Of a stretch of DNA of 64,000 nucleotides, positions 28,902 to 38,035 are shown in pieces. The notes beneath the pieces were generated by a model that searched no databases, was not told the origin of the DNA, and worked only from the letters and a program-made list of their open reading frames with translations. Location: contig CBDVDH010000001.1 in the NCBI GenBank assembly GCA_965372715.1, positions 62,001-126,000 of the forward strand, in the 5' to 3' direction. Made by a program: the position numbers and the translations under genes. This DNA is from an uncultured bacterium (GTDB lineage: Bacteria > B130-G9). Each line of letters starts with the position of its first letter. The stretch's first letter is position 1.

Positions 28902-31439
28902 GTGAGTGCTTCAACACGTTTGATTTGGGCTGTTTGTTTTGTTGCTATCTCAGTTGCCGCGGGTCCGGCTTTCTGCGGCTTCAAGACCGTCATGGCGACT
29001 ATTGACGACGACGTCGAGACCAGGTTTGGTATTTATAGGCCGCTTGCCGTTGATGTTGAACCATCCCTTGAGCCTGAATACGTCGCTGAGGACTTCAGCA
29101 ACGTCGCTGATTTCGCGGCCGTTGCCGGGCAACTGAGTGAGGATGCCAGGGCGCTTCTAGCGAAGAACGGTTTTGTGGTTACGCCAACGCATGATCCTAC
29201 GGTTATTACGATGCAGGGCCTGTATGAGGACCTTCAGCCATTGGGACGGCGCGTGTTTGTGACAACGGATTCCATGCTGACTACATACCACGTCCTCTTC
29301 GATTACAGCCTCAGGGTGGCCGAAATGCAGAGCTTCAACGACGCTGTGGTCGAGCTGACGCAAGGTATGGTTGAGAAAACATACGCGATGTATTTGGGTA
29401 GCGTGCCGCTGCCAAGCTCCTCAACCCTTGCTTCATCCGTGTATGTGAACGATCTGCTGGTCAAGAACCTCGCCTATTTCTCTGTGCCGGCGAAGCTGCT
29501 CGATCCTGACTACGAGGTGATCAGCGAGGTCGCCGACTTGGTCGCACAAGAGCTCGCCCTGATTGAGGCGCACGAAGGCAAGCGCTGTTCTCCGATCATG
29601 GGCTATTACGAGGACTACAGCCAATACGTTCCCCGAGGGCACTACACTCGCAACGAGACGTTGAGCCGCTATTTCAAGGCGATGATGTGGTATGGGCGGC
29701 TGATGTTTCGGCTTGAGCCCAACTCATCGATGAGTTGTATCGAGAAGGACCCGTTCGAGGAGACGCTTCAGGCGCTGCTGATAGTCCAGACGCTTGTGAA
29801 CCTTGAAATGGATGCTGGGACAGGCCTCGAGCTATACGACCGTATCTACACGCCAACGGTTTTCTACGTGGGTGAAGCGGACGACCTGACGATTGAGGAG
29901 TACTTCACGCTGGCGCTTCAGATATATGGAGAGGATTTCGCCTCTATTGCCCCTGAGGAGCTTATGGATGAGGAGAAGCTCTTCGCGTTCACCGAGGCGG
30001 CTAAGGAACTGCACGACCCGCTGATCAATTCCACGTTTGTTCAGGACTACGAGGACCATGAAACGGTCACCAAGGGCTTCCGGTTCATGGGTCAACGGTT
30101 CATCCCCGATTCGTATGTTTTTCAGCAGCTGGTGCACAATAAAGTCTGGGGCCGCTTTATGCCCAAGGGTTTGGACGTTATGGCCGCGCTTGGCTCATCC
30201 CGCGCTTATGGCATCCTTGATTTCGTGTATCAAGATACGCGCTATCCAGATTACGCTGAGCGAATGGAGCGACTTAGGACGTGGTTCGCGACCCTGCCAG
30301 ACGCATCGTGGGTGCAGAACCTTTACTGGGACTGGCTCTATTGTCTCATGCCCACGCTAGTTACGAAGGGCGAGGGCTTCCCGCTTTTCATGCAGAACAA
30401 CGCCTGGACCGACAAGGAGCTCGGGACAGCGCTTGGTTCCTGGACTGAGTTGAGGCACGACACGATTCTGTATGCCAAGCAGAGCTACAGCTATGAGACT
30501 GGCGTGCCCGACCCGACGATAGGTTACGTGGAGCCAAATCCGCTGGTCTATTCACGGCTCGCCTCGCTGTGCGACATGACGATTACTGGCCTCGAGGGTT
30601 ACGGGCTGCTTCTGCCCGACTATCGAACGCGGTTTGAGAGCTTGCGCGATACGCTGTTGGTTCTGAAGCAGATCAGCGAGAAGGAGCTGGTCGGCACGGC
30701 GCTCGATGAGGACGAACACCTGGCGATTTTCTACATCGGGAGCAGGTTGTCGGAGATACTGACATTTCCGGAGGATGACCCTGCGAGCGAGAACGAAGAG
30801 GACGGCAAGATGGCGCTGGTGGCCGATGTCCACACCGACGCCAATTCTTCTAGCGTTTTGGAGGAGGCGGTTGGCCATCCGCACTATATCTACGTCATCG
30901 CGCCGACGGACGACGGTCTGGCGACGTGCGTTGGCGGCGTCTATTCATACTACGAGTTCACCTGGCCGATGAGTGACCGCCTGACGGACGGCGCGTGGCA
31001 GCGGATGCTGGAGGAAGGCGCCAATCCGCCGCAGCCGGAATGGATGTCATCGTTCGTTGCGGAAGGGGTATCAGAGGGCCAAACGCCGCTCGCGGATATT
31101 GTTACAATCGCCGCGAACGATCTGATCGTTTCAGATGGCGACACGCTGACCATGTCCGTCTCGATCTCGACGCACAATGACCTGGAGAACTGCACGGCGC
31201 AGATCGCGGCGCTTGATCCCTCCGGCAATCTCCTCTTCTATCCTGATTTCTCACAGTCGCCTCAATCATTCGACTTCTCCATGCCCGCTGGGACGGTGAT
31301 AAGGGACCTTCCTATCTTCGAGCTTGAGGTCGTCCCGTGGGTCGGAAAGGGCTACTATATGTGGATGACCGCTATATACGATGAATCACTTACGCTCGTC
31401 GATTCTACGGTCAGCATCTCACCGCTTCTGATCAGATAG
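28902..31439 (+). CDS. Secreted DUF3160 protein with C-terminal accessory domain
   Basis: FVTTDS, DYSQYVPRGHYT, YFKAMMWYG, FRFMGQRF, SWTELRHDTILYAKQ, YVEP, ADVHT, SYYEF, RLTD..W. Confidence 0.88.
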   Translation: MSASTRLIWAVCFVAISVAAGPAFCGFKTVMATIDDDVETRFGIYRPLAVDVEPSLEPEYVAEDFSNVADFAAVAGQLSEDARALLAKNGFVVTPTHDPTVITMQGLYEDLQPLGRRVFVTTDSMLTTYHVLFDYSLRVAEMQSFNDAVVELTQGMVEKTYAMYLGSVPLPSSSTLASSVYVNDLLVKNLAYFSVPAKLLDPDYEVISEVADLVAQELALIEAHEGKRCSPIMGYYEDYSQYVPRGHYTRNETLSRYFKAMMWYGRLMFRLEPNSSMSCIEKDPFEETLQALLIVQTLVNLEMDAGTGLELYDRIYTPTVFYVGEADDLTIEEYFTLALQIYGEDFASIAPEELMDEEKLFAFTEAAKELHDPLINSTFVQDYEDHETVTKGFRFMGQRFIPDSYVFQQLVHNKVWGRFMPKGLDVMAALGSSRAYGILDFVYQDTRYPDYAERMERLRTWFATLPDASWVQNLYWDWLYCLMPTLVTKGEGFPLFMQNNAWTDKELGTALGSWTELRHDTILYAKQSYSYETGVPDPTIGYVEPNPLVYSRLASLCDMTITGLEGYGLLLPDYRTRFESLRDTLLVLKQISEKELVGTALDEDEHLAIFYIGSRLSEILTFPEDDPASENEEDGKMALVADVHTDANSSSVLEEAVGHPHYIYVIAPTDDGLATCVGGVYSYYEFTWPMSDRLTDGAWQRMLEEGANPPQPEWMSSFVAEGVSEGQTPLADIVTIAANDLIVSDGDTLTMSVSISTHNDLENCTAQIAALDPSGNLLFYPDFSQSPQSFDFSMPAGTVIRDLPIFELEVVPWVGKGYYMWMTAIYDESLTLVDSTVSISPLLIR

Positions 31440-31517
31440 ACCTTGCTTGCAGTTGAAATAGCTGCATACTAACAGTATCCCTGAATAAACTTGCTCGACG
31501 CCAAGAAAGGATACCCA

Positions 31518-32084
31518 ATGCCAGCGATTACCAAGAGGTCCATTGAGAAGCTTCGACAGATGATCGTTGGGCTTCAGGTTCGCGATAAGGATTTTGTATT
31601 GTCTTCTGGGGCAAGCGGCCGACATTACATCGACATCAAAGGCGTCTGCCTCGAACCGGAGTCGCTCTACACGATTGCTGGCACTTTCGTGAAGTGGATG
31701 AAGGAAATGGGTGTTTCGGTAGCTGGCGGTGGAGCCCTGGGCGCCGACCCGATCGTTGGAGCAATGGTGGCAATATCTCACCTCAGTCCTTTCAACCATC
31801 CCATCAAGGGATTTCTCGTCCGCAAGAGCCTCGGCGAGTTTGGGACGGATAAACTCGTTGAAGGCTGCACCGAACGAGGCGCCGCGGCTATCATAGTCGA
31901 TGACGTGCTTTCCACGGGGTCCTCGACACTGCGAACGGCGCAAATGGCCAGGAACTTCGGCATGACGGTCAAAGGCGTTTTTGCCGTTGTGGACAAAATG
32001 AGGGGAGGCGCGCAGAAGGTCGTCGAAGCAGGGTACGACTGTAGGTCGATCTTTACCTTGTCGTCGTTGAAGCTTCCCGACTAG
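31518..32084 (+). CDS. pyrE: Orotate phosphoribosyltransferase
   Basis: FVLSSG...HYID, GADPI, VRK, PRPP loop VDDVLSTGSS. Confidence 0.85.
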   Translation: MPAITKRSIEKLRQMIVGLQVRDKDFVLSSGASGRHYIDIKGVCLEPESLYTIAGTFVKWMKEMGVSVAGGGALGADPIVGAMVAISHLSPFNHPIKGFLVRKSLGEFGTDKLVEGCTERGAAAIIVDDVLSTGSSTLRTAQMARNFGMTVKGVFAVVDKMRGGAQKVVEAGYDCRSIFTLSSLKLPD

Positions 32085-32133
32085 GGCCGCTGGAAAGCAG
32101 CCCCGGGGAAGTACCAGAGGTCGCATCTCTCAA

Positions 32134-32832
32134 ATGATGGAAGACATTCGCAAGAACTTGGAGGACGTTAGAAAGAGGGTCGCCAACACCGCTGAGCGTG
32201 CTGGCCGGTCCCCGGCTGAGATAACGCTGGTCGGTATCTCCAAGGTTCAGCCGATAGAGAAGATACAGGCCGCCGTCGATGCTGGGCTCGTCCATTTGGG
32301 CGAGAATCAGGTTCAAGAGGCGGCAGGTAAAATCCCGCAGATTACGGGAAATGTCCACTGGCGCCTCGTCGGGCATTTGCAGCGCAACAAGGCCCAAAAG
32401 GCGGTCGAGCTATTCGACATGATTGAGTCGATCGACAGCGAGCGCCTCGCCCAGGAGGTCTCAAGACGATGTATTGAGGCGGGAAAGATCATGGACGTTC
32501 TGCTCGAGGTCAACGTCGGTGGGGAAGAGACGAAGACCGGCGTTGAGCCGTCGAAGCTCATAGACCTCGCACGATTCTGCGCGGGTCTTGAGGGCATCTC
32601 GGTCAAAGGCATCATGGTTATTCCGCCGTTCGACCCAGACCCTGAGAAGTCGAGGCCGTATTTTCAGCGGTCACGGAGGCTATTCGAGGAGCTGAGAGAC
32701 GCAGGGATCGAAGGTCTCGACATCCGGCGCCTCAGCATGGGCATGAGCAGCGATTTCGAGGTCGCAATCGACGAGGGCGCCACGATCGTCCGCGTCGGCA
32801 CCGCCATCTTCGGTCAGCGCAAATACGACTGA
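32134..32832 (+). CDS. yggS: YggS family PLP-binding protein
   Basis: ISK, GENQVQE, GHLQRNK, LSMGMSSDFEVAIDEGATIVRVGTAIFG. Confidence 0.95.
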   Translation: MMEDIRKNLEDVRKRVANTAERAGRSPAEITLVGISKVQPIEKIQAAVDAGLVHLGENQVQEAAGKIPQITGNVHWRLVGHLQRNKAQKAVELFDMIESIDSERLAQEVSRRCIEAGKIMDVLLEVNVGGEETKTGVEPSKLIDLARFCAGLEGISVKGIMVIPPFDPDPEKSRPYFQRSRRLFEELRDAGIEGLDIRRLSMGMSSDFEVAIDEGATIVRVGTAIFGQRKYD

Positions 32833-32983
32833 CTGTACTCCGCATTACCTCCCGACGGCTGCCGGCGCGTTCTGGATAACGACCTTCGGCGATGGGTTCT
32901 CGGGCGGTATAGGGAGAGCTTGCTGCCTCAAAAGGGCTACGTGCTCCAGCATTGCATATCTCGCCTGATAGATGCAGTCCTCC

Positions 32984-33152
32984 TTCTCTTCGTGGTTCTT
33001 AGTGTTCTTCGTGGATTCCCGGTTCTATTAGATGAGTGATCCACGAAGAGCACGAAGCCACACGAAGATGTTCTTAGCTTCTGCCGCTGTGCTCCAATTC
33101 GTGTTCATTGGTGTTCATTCGTGGTTCCCCCCTTCTTTGTGCCTTTGTGGTT
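32984..33152. repeat. Cluster of degenerate 9-mer repeats (TTCGTG(G/T)TT / CACGAAG) in inverted arrays
   Basis: ttcgtggttcttagtgttcttcgtgg; ccacgaagagcacgaagccacacgaag; ttcgtgttcattggtgttcattcgtgg. Confidence 0.65.
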
Positions 33153-33163
33153 ATCTGGTTCAA

Positions 33164-33248
33164 TGCCGAGGGCCGGACTTGAACCGGCACGAGCCATCGG
33201 CTCAGCGGATTTTAAGTCCACTGCGTCTACCTATTCCGCCACCCCGGC
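33164..33248 (-). tRNA. tRNA-Leu (anticodon TAA); CCA not encoded
   Basis: GCCGGGGTGGCGGAATAGGTAGACGCAGTGGACTTAAAATCCGC-long variable arm-GCCGGTTCAAGTCCGGCCCTCGGCA. Confidence 0.95.
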
Positions 33249-33761
33249 ATCTATGAAGCAAACAATCCTAGTCAACAATAGCCCAAATGCAAGCCGAATC
33301 AAAACGAGGTGTGACCCTGGTCCATACGTAATCGATCACATCAGTTCTCAATCCAAAGCAGCAACCACAAGTCGCCCGGCTTCAGCCGAGGCGACAAGAC
33401 GGCTATCATTGCATTAACTCCCGATTTTAATCGGGAGATTCCAGAGGCGGACGCCGTTCCCTCCATCCTCCTCAGATCGAGATTCCAGAGAGGAGGGAGG
33501 CGACCAGATTCTCGGGGCCACCCGACTCGAAGTCGGGTGTTAGGACAATCAGAGCCATCTATACGGCCGCGTTGAAACGCAGCCATCATAACCCAGATTC
33601 GTACGGCGATCTGTCCGAAGTGGAAGCAGCTCACGGATTCGCTTGCGCTGCATTGCAGGAACCTTGATCGAGTAATGTCCCTTGAAATAACGGGGTGCAT
33701 GAGGGATAATCCCGCTCGCAAAGACCAACCAAAATAACATGAGGAGCCGGAAGCGGAGCGG

Positions 33762-34856
33762 ATGATCGTGGACGAAGGATTCTGCGAAGTCTGTGAAAAA
33801 ACCACAGATGACCCAATAAAGCGGAAAGCGCCGCTTTATGGCTGGGGCGAAGAGGACTGCCCATCAAGAAGACCTCTCTGCTGGGAACACTGGGCACCCG
33901 ATGACAAGGAGAGAGTAGAATACAGAGAGTTCGTCGAGAAGCGCAAAGCGAAGCTCTGGCACGCCCATCTGGAAGGGGCCAAACTCTGCGGGGCCTATCT
34001 CGAAGCGGCAGACCTCAGGGCTGCCCATCTCGAAGGGATCGACCTCAGCTCCGGCCGTCTCGAAGGGGCCCACTTCTGCTCCGCCCATCTCAATGGGGCC
34101 AACCTCATGGGTGCCCATCTCGAAGGGGCCGACTTATCAGGCGCCCATCTGGAAGGGGCCAATCTCGGCAGCGCCCATCTCAATGGGGCCAACCTCATGG
34201 GTGCCCATCTCGAAGGGGCCGACTTATCGGGAGCCCATCTTGAAGGGGCCAAACTCTGGGCCGCTCGTCTCGAAGGGGCCAGCCTCAGTTATGCCCATCT
34301 CGAAAGAGCCGACTTGTCAGAAGCCACGATGGAGAACGCAGATCTGCAAGGGATCACACAGACGCGGTACACACTCTGGGTGATGTTCAGGGACGCATTT
34401 CGTGGAACGTGGAACAGAATCCGCATCACTCGTTGGGACTCCGTGAGCGGCATTGACACGACCAGGACGGATTCCATCACGAGGCATTACATTAGGGACG
34501 CGGCTTTCATTGAGGATTTAAGAAAGCAGCACCCGAACTGGGCGTTCCTCTGGCGGTGGTCGTGCTTCTATGGTCAGTCGTTTCTGCTATGGGCATTCTG
34601 GTGTGTTTTGATCGCATTCGGATTTGCATGTCTCTACGACTGGAGAGAATTCCTGACCGATGGCAAAGAGACAATTAGGGATTTCTGGGATTGCCTCTAC
34701 TTCAGTATAGTGGCATTCACCACGCTTGGTTTTGGGGATATCTATCCCAGCCCCGGCTGGGGACGATTCTTCGCGGCCCTTGAAGTCATCTTGGGTTACA
34801 TCGGCCTGGGCGGGCTGATCTCTATTCTGGCGAACAAGGTGGCGAGGAGGGCGTGA
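33762..34856 (+). CDS. Pentapeptide-repeat protein fused to a 2-TM potassium-channel-like (Ion_trans_2) domain
   Basis: AHLEGADL repeats; YFSIVAFTTLGFGDIYP pore motif. Confidence 0.9.
   Translation: MIVDEGFCEVCEKTTDDPIKRKAPLYGWGEEDCPSRRPLCWEHWAPDDKERVEYREFVEKRKAKLWHAHLEGAKLCGAYLEAADLRAAHLEGIDLSSGRLEGAHFCSAHLNGANLMGAHLEGADLSGAHLEGANLGSAHLNGANLMGAHLEGADLSGAHLEGAKLWAARLEGASLSYAHLERADLSEATMENADLQGITQTRYTLWVMFRDAFRGTWNRIRITRWDSVSGIDTTRTDSITRHYIRDAAFIEDLRKQHPNWAFLWRWSCFYGQSFLLWAFWCVLIAFGFACLYDWREFLTDGKETIRDFWDCLYFSIVAFTTLGFGDIYPSPGWGRFFAALEVILGYIGLGGLISILANKVARRA
33962..34325 (+). repeat. 30-nt coding tandem repeats, including a near-exact 90-nt duplication
   Basis: GCCCATCT(C/G)GAAGGGGCC units; the block from 34083 recurs at 34173. 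Confidence 0.85.
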
Positions 34857-35259
34857 GGCGGCAGTTCGGCGAATCAAAGCCGGGGGGCGATGCAATTCAT
34901 ACGAGTGTGCTGCCAGGTCAGCACGAGTGAAAGCGGCACCAGGTTGCCGCAGTCCAGAACGCTTCGGGTGTAGCAGGCTAGAAAGCCCGCCCCACACCCC
35001 TTCCGTTGCGTTGCACGCACGGCTACCCACGGTGCGCCCTTTCAGGGCGTGTTCCTTTTCGCCATTTCGCCTTTTCGCCCGTTCGCCCATAAGTATTGTG
35101 CTGCCGGGTCAGCACGAGCCAAAGCGGCGAGAGCTCACCGCACTCCAAATGCAGCCACACCCTTGACTTTGAGTCGCGGCAGGGGCTACATTGGCGGGAC
35201 TTTGGAGCCGCCTTCGCGGGATTAAGGGGCGGTTTTTCACGGATTATTTGAGGGCAGAT

Positions 35260-37659
35260 TTGGGAGAACATCAGGGGCGGCGGTCGCTGCTTTTTTTGGG
35301 TATATTCTTCACGACGCTCGCGCTTTTGATGCTCGAGGTCAACATCACGCGGCTGTTCTCGGTCGTGATGTTCTACCATTTTTCGTTCCTCGCGGTAACG
35401 ATGGCGCTTTTTGGCCTGAGCGCTGGCGGCGTCTTGGTCTATGTATTCGCAGACCGTATGGTCAAAGGCGATTCGCCGCCGAGGCTCTCCTTGTTTGGGG
35501 TCCTTTTCTCCGCATCGATTGTTGGGGCCTTCCTCATCTTCAAGTGGTTCCCGTTCGAGGCGAGGATGAGCCTCGGTTCTTTCCTGAGGCTGTTCTTGCT
35601 CTGCGTCTTATGGACGGCGCCGTTCCTCGTGGCGGGCATCTGCGTGGCGCTTGCACTGCGGACATACAGCAAGCTCGTAAGTAGGCTCTATTTCGCGGAC
35701 TTGGCGGGCGCGGCGTGCGGCTGCGTCGGCATCGTCGTTCTGATGGAGAAGTTCGGGTCCCCAACGGCCATCCCCATCATCGCAGTCTCCGCAGCGCTTG
35801 GGGCGGCCTTCTTCGCGGGATTCGAGCGACGTCGGGAGTGGATTGGCGTCGCGGTCGTTGGGATGTGCGCCCTCTTGAGCCTCGCGGCATTTGCACATCG
35901 TGACGACGTTCTGGAGATTCTTTCTAAGCGGGACTTTGCCCTAATGAAGGCGGGGAAGAGGCCGGACCTTCTGTTTGCGGAATGGAATGCGCTTTCCAGG
36001 GTGGATGTCTTCACCTGGCATTCTGTCCCGGGGTGGGGCGTGAGCGAGGCGTTCAAGGGGGAGCTTCCCACGATGCTGGCGGTGCAGATCGACGCGGCTG
36101 CCGCAACGCCGCTTATCCATTTCGACGGCGATTTTCGGAAGCTTGAGTTCCTGAAGTATGACGTAACGGAGGTCGTCCATTTTCTGAAGGGCGATGCAAG
36201 CGTCTTCGTGATAGGGCCAGGCGGGGGGCGGGACGTTCTATCGGCTTTGTTGTTTGGCGCGAAAGCCGTGTATGCAGCGGACATCAACTCGTTGATGATC
36301 GATATTGTGGGGAAGCATTTCGCGAGGTTCGCGGGCCACGTCTATGATCGACCTGACGTAACGGTCGTGGTCGATGACGCGAGGAGCCAGATTCGGCGTT
36401 CTGAGCAGAGATTCGACATCATCCAGTCGTCGATGACCGACACGTGGGCGGCGACGGCGGCCGGGGCGTTTTCGCTTTCTGAGAACAACCTCTACACGCG
36501 GGAGGCGTTCAACGAATACTGGGATAAGCTCGCTGATGATGGCCTTTTGTCCTTTTCGCGCTACGTATCGCCCATACCTGGCCAGACTCTGCGGGTAGTA
36601 TCCCTGTGCCTCGCCTGCCTGGAGGATCAGGGCGTCGCGGAGCCCTACAAGCACATCGCTGTCTTGGCGTGTTCGCCCGCCGGAACGACCCTTCTGAAGA
36701 AGTCGCCATTTACCGAGGCCGAGATCGATTTGCTCGAGAAAATCGCAGAGACGCTGGGGTATGAGATACTTTTTCTTCCGGGGTACGCTGGGGAGCCGAC
36801 GTTCACGAGATTGGCTCACAGCCAGGACCGGGGTGCGTTCTATCGGGATTACCCTCTGGACGTATCGCCTCCGACGGACGACAGGCCTTTCTTCTTCAAC
36901 CTTCTGAAGCCTTCCTCTATATTTCGCTCTCTGAAAGGCTTGAAGGGCTCGCTGGACCACAATCTGTACGCCCAGGTCGTCGTGGTCTTCCTGTTTTTTG
37001 TGTATCTGGTGCTGGGTTTTTTGCTCATATTGCTGCCGCTTCGTTTCAAGACGGGCAAGCTGGAGGGGCTTTCGATGAGAGTCTTTCCGCGGCTTTTCTA
37101 CTTTGGGGCAATTGGGCTGGGCTTCATGTTGGTTGAGATCTCAATAATGCAGAAGATGACACTGTTCTTGGGGCACCCAACCTATTCGCTGCTCGTCGTT
37201 CTTTTCTCACTGCTTCTGTTCACCGGCATCGGAAGCCTGCTCACGGACTTCGTGAGCGTTCGCCGGCTGCGGTTGCACACTGCTCTATCGGCGATTCTGG
37301 TCATCGCCGTCGTGGGTCTGTTTATTACATTCTCATCGGACATCTTCGTGCGATTTATGGCCGTTTCTTTGCCGTATCGATTTGCTGTGTGCGCGATGCT
37401 GTTGGTTCCGCTCGGACTGGCGATGGGTAGGCTTTTTCCGCTTGGGATCAAATCGCTTTTGGGCGGCGGGGAGTTCCTGGTTCCCTGGGCGTGGGCCGTG
37501 AATGGCCTCACGTCGGTTCTGGGCTCGATTCTGGCCATAATAATCGGGATGTGGGTCGGTTTTACAGGCTGCCTTGCGCTTGGGATGCTCGCTTACGTTG
37601 GCGCGGTCGCGGCCGTTTCCATTACCCGACCGAGAGCAGAACGGGCGCGCGTGGTGTGA
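35260..37659 (+). CDS. Multi-pass membrane protein with central spermidine-synthase-like SAM-binding domain
   Basis: LYFADLAGAACG, IGPGGGRDV, DDARS, FDIIQ, LSENNLYTREAF, TDDRPFF, WAWAVNG. Start placed at TTG 35260, downstream of a TTGACT..TACATT promoter. Confidence 0.82.
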   Translation: MGEHQGRRSLLFLGIFFTTLALLMLEVNITRLFSVVMFYHFSFLAVTMALFGLSAGGVLVYVFADRMVKGDSPPRLSLFGVLFSASIVGAFLIFKWFPFEARMSLGSFLRLFLLCVLWTAPFLVAGICVALALRTYSKLVSRLYFADLAGAACGCVGIVVLMEKFGSPTAIPIIAVSAALGAAFFAGFERRREWIGVAVVGMCALLSLAAFAHRDDVLEILSKRDFALMKAGKRPDLLFAEWNALSRVDVFTWHSVPGWGVSEAFKGELPTMLAVQIDAAAATPLIHFDGDFRKLEFLKYDVTEVVHFLKGDASVFVIGPGGGRDVLSALLFGAKAVYAADINSLMIDIVGKHFARFAGHVYDRPDVTVVVDDARSQIRRSEQRFDIIQSSMTDTWAATAAGAFSLSENNLYTREAFNEYWDKLADDGLLSFSRYVSPIPGQTLRVVSLCLACLEDQGVAEPYKHIAVLACSPAGTTLLKKSPFTEAEIDLLEKIAETLGYEILFLPGYAGEPTFTRLAHSQDRGAFYRDYPLDVSPPTDDRPFFFNLLKPSSIFRSLKGLKGSLDHNLYAQVVVVFLFFVYLVLGFLLILLPLRFKTGKLEGLSMRVFPRLFYFGAIGLGFMLVEISIMQKMTLFLGHPTYSLLVVLFSLLLFTGIGSLLTDFVSVRRLRLHTALSAILVIAVVGLFITFSSDIFVRFMAVSLPYRFAVCAMLLVPLGLAMGRLFPLGIKSLLGGGEFLVPWAWAVNGLTSVLGSILAIIIGMWVGFTGCLALGMLAYVGAVAAVSITRPRAERARVV

Positions 37660-37817
37660 ACTAATCGGCTACCGGTTTGCTCTACAGATGTAGGTGTGGG
37701 CGCAGGGAGTGGCGCTGAATCGTAGGTTCTTACAGAAGAATGATACCCGAAATCAGGGCGGTGTTCAAGATCAACAGCGGCGGTGTCCAATTGCGACCTG
37801 ATCGTCGGAATTGCCGT

Positions 37818-37991
37818 GTAGGGGCGGTGCTTGCCCCGCCCTTTTCTAATGTGATAAAAGGCATGAAGGGTGCGGCAAGCAGCACCCCTGACAGCATGAA
37901 GGGTGCGGCAAGCAGCACCCCTGACAGCATGAAGGGTGCGGCAAGCAGCACCCCTACATGGTCGCGGGCGGGTCTGAGACCGCGCCCCTAC
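37818..37991. repeat. GTAG-family REP cluster including a 3x 33-bp tandem array
   Basis: GTAGGGGCGGTGCTTGCCCCGCCC at 37818; GCATGAAGGGTGCGGCAAGCAGCACCCCT(G)AC at 37861, 37894, 37927; GGGCGGGTCTGAGACCGCGCCCCTAC at 37966. Confidence 0.85.
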
Positions 37992-38035
37992 ATACATGTT
38001 CCTTTTCTCCCGCTTTCTCCGAGGCGGAAACTCCA

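Noticed and set aside
33164-33248. tRNA-Leu as the attachment site of an integrated element
   Set aside because: No integrase nearby, I noticed no duplicate of the tRNA 3' end, and housekeeping yggS lies just past it.
33341-33805. 154-aa minus-strand ORF or transposase remnant near the tRNA
   Set aside because: No recognisable motifs; crosses palindromic repeats and overlaps the channel gene start.
37861-37957. 33-bp repeats as a CRISPR array
   Set aside because: Units are directly adjacent with no unique spacers, match GTAG REPs, and no cas genes are present.
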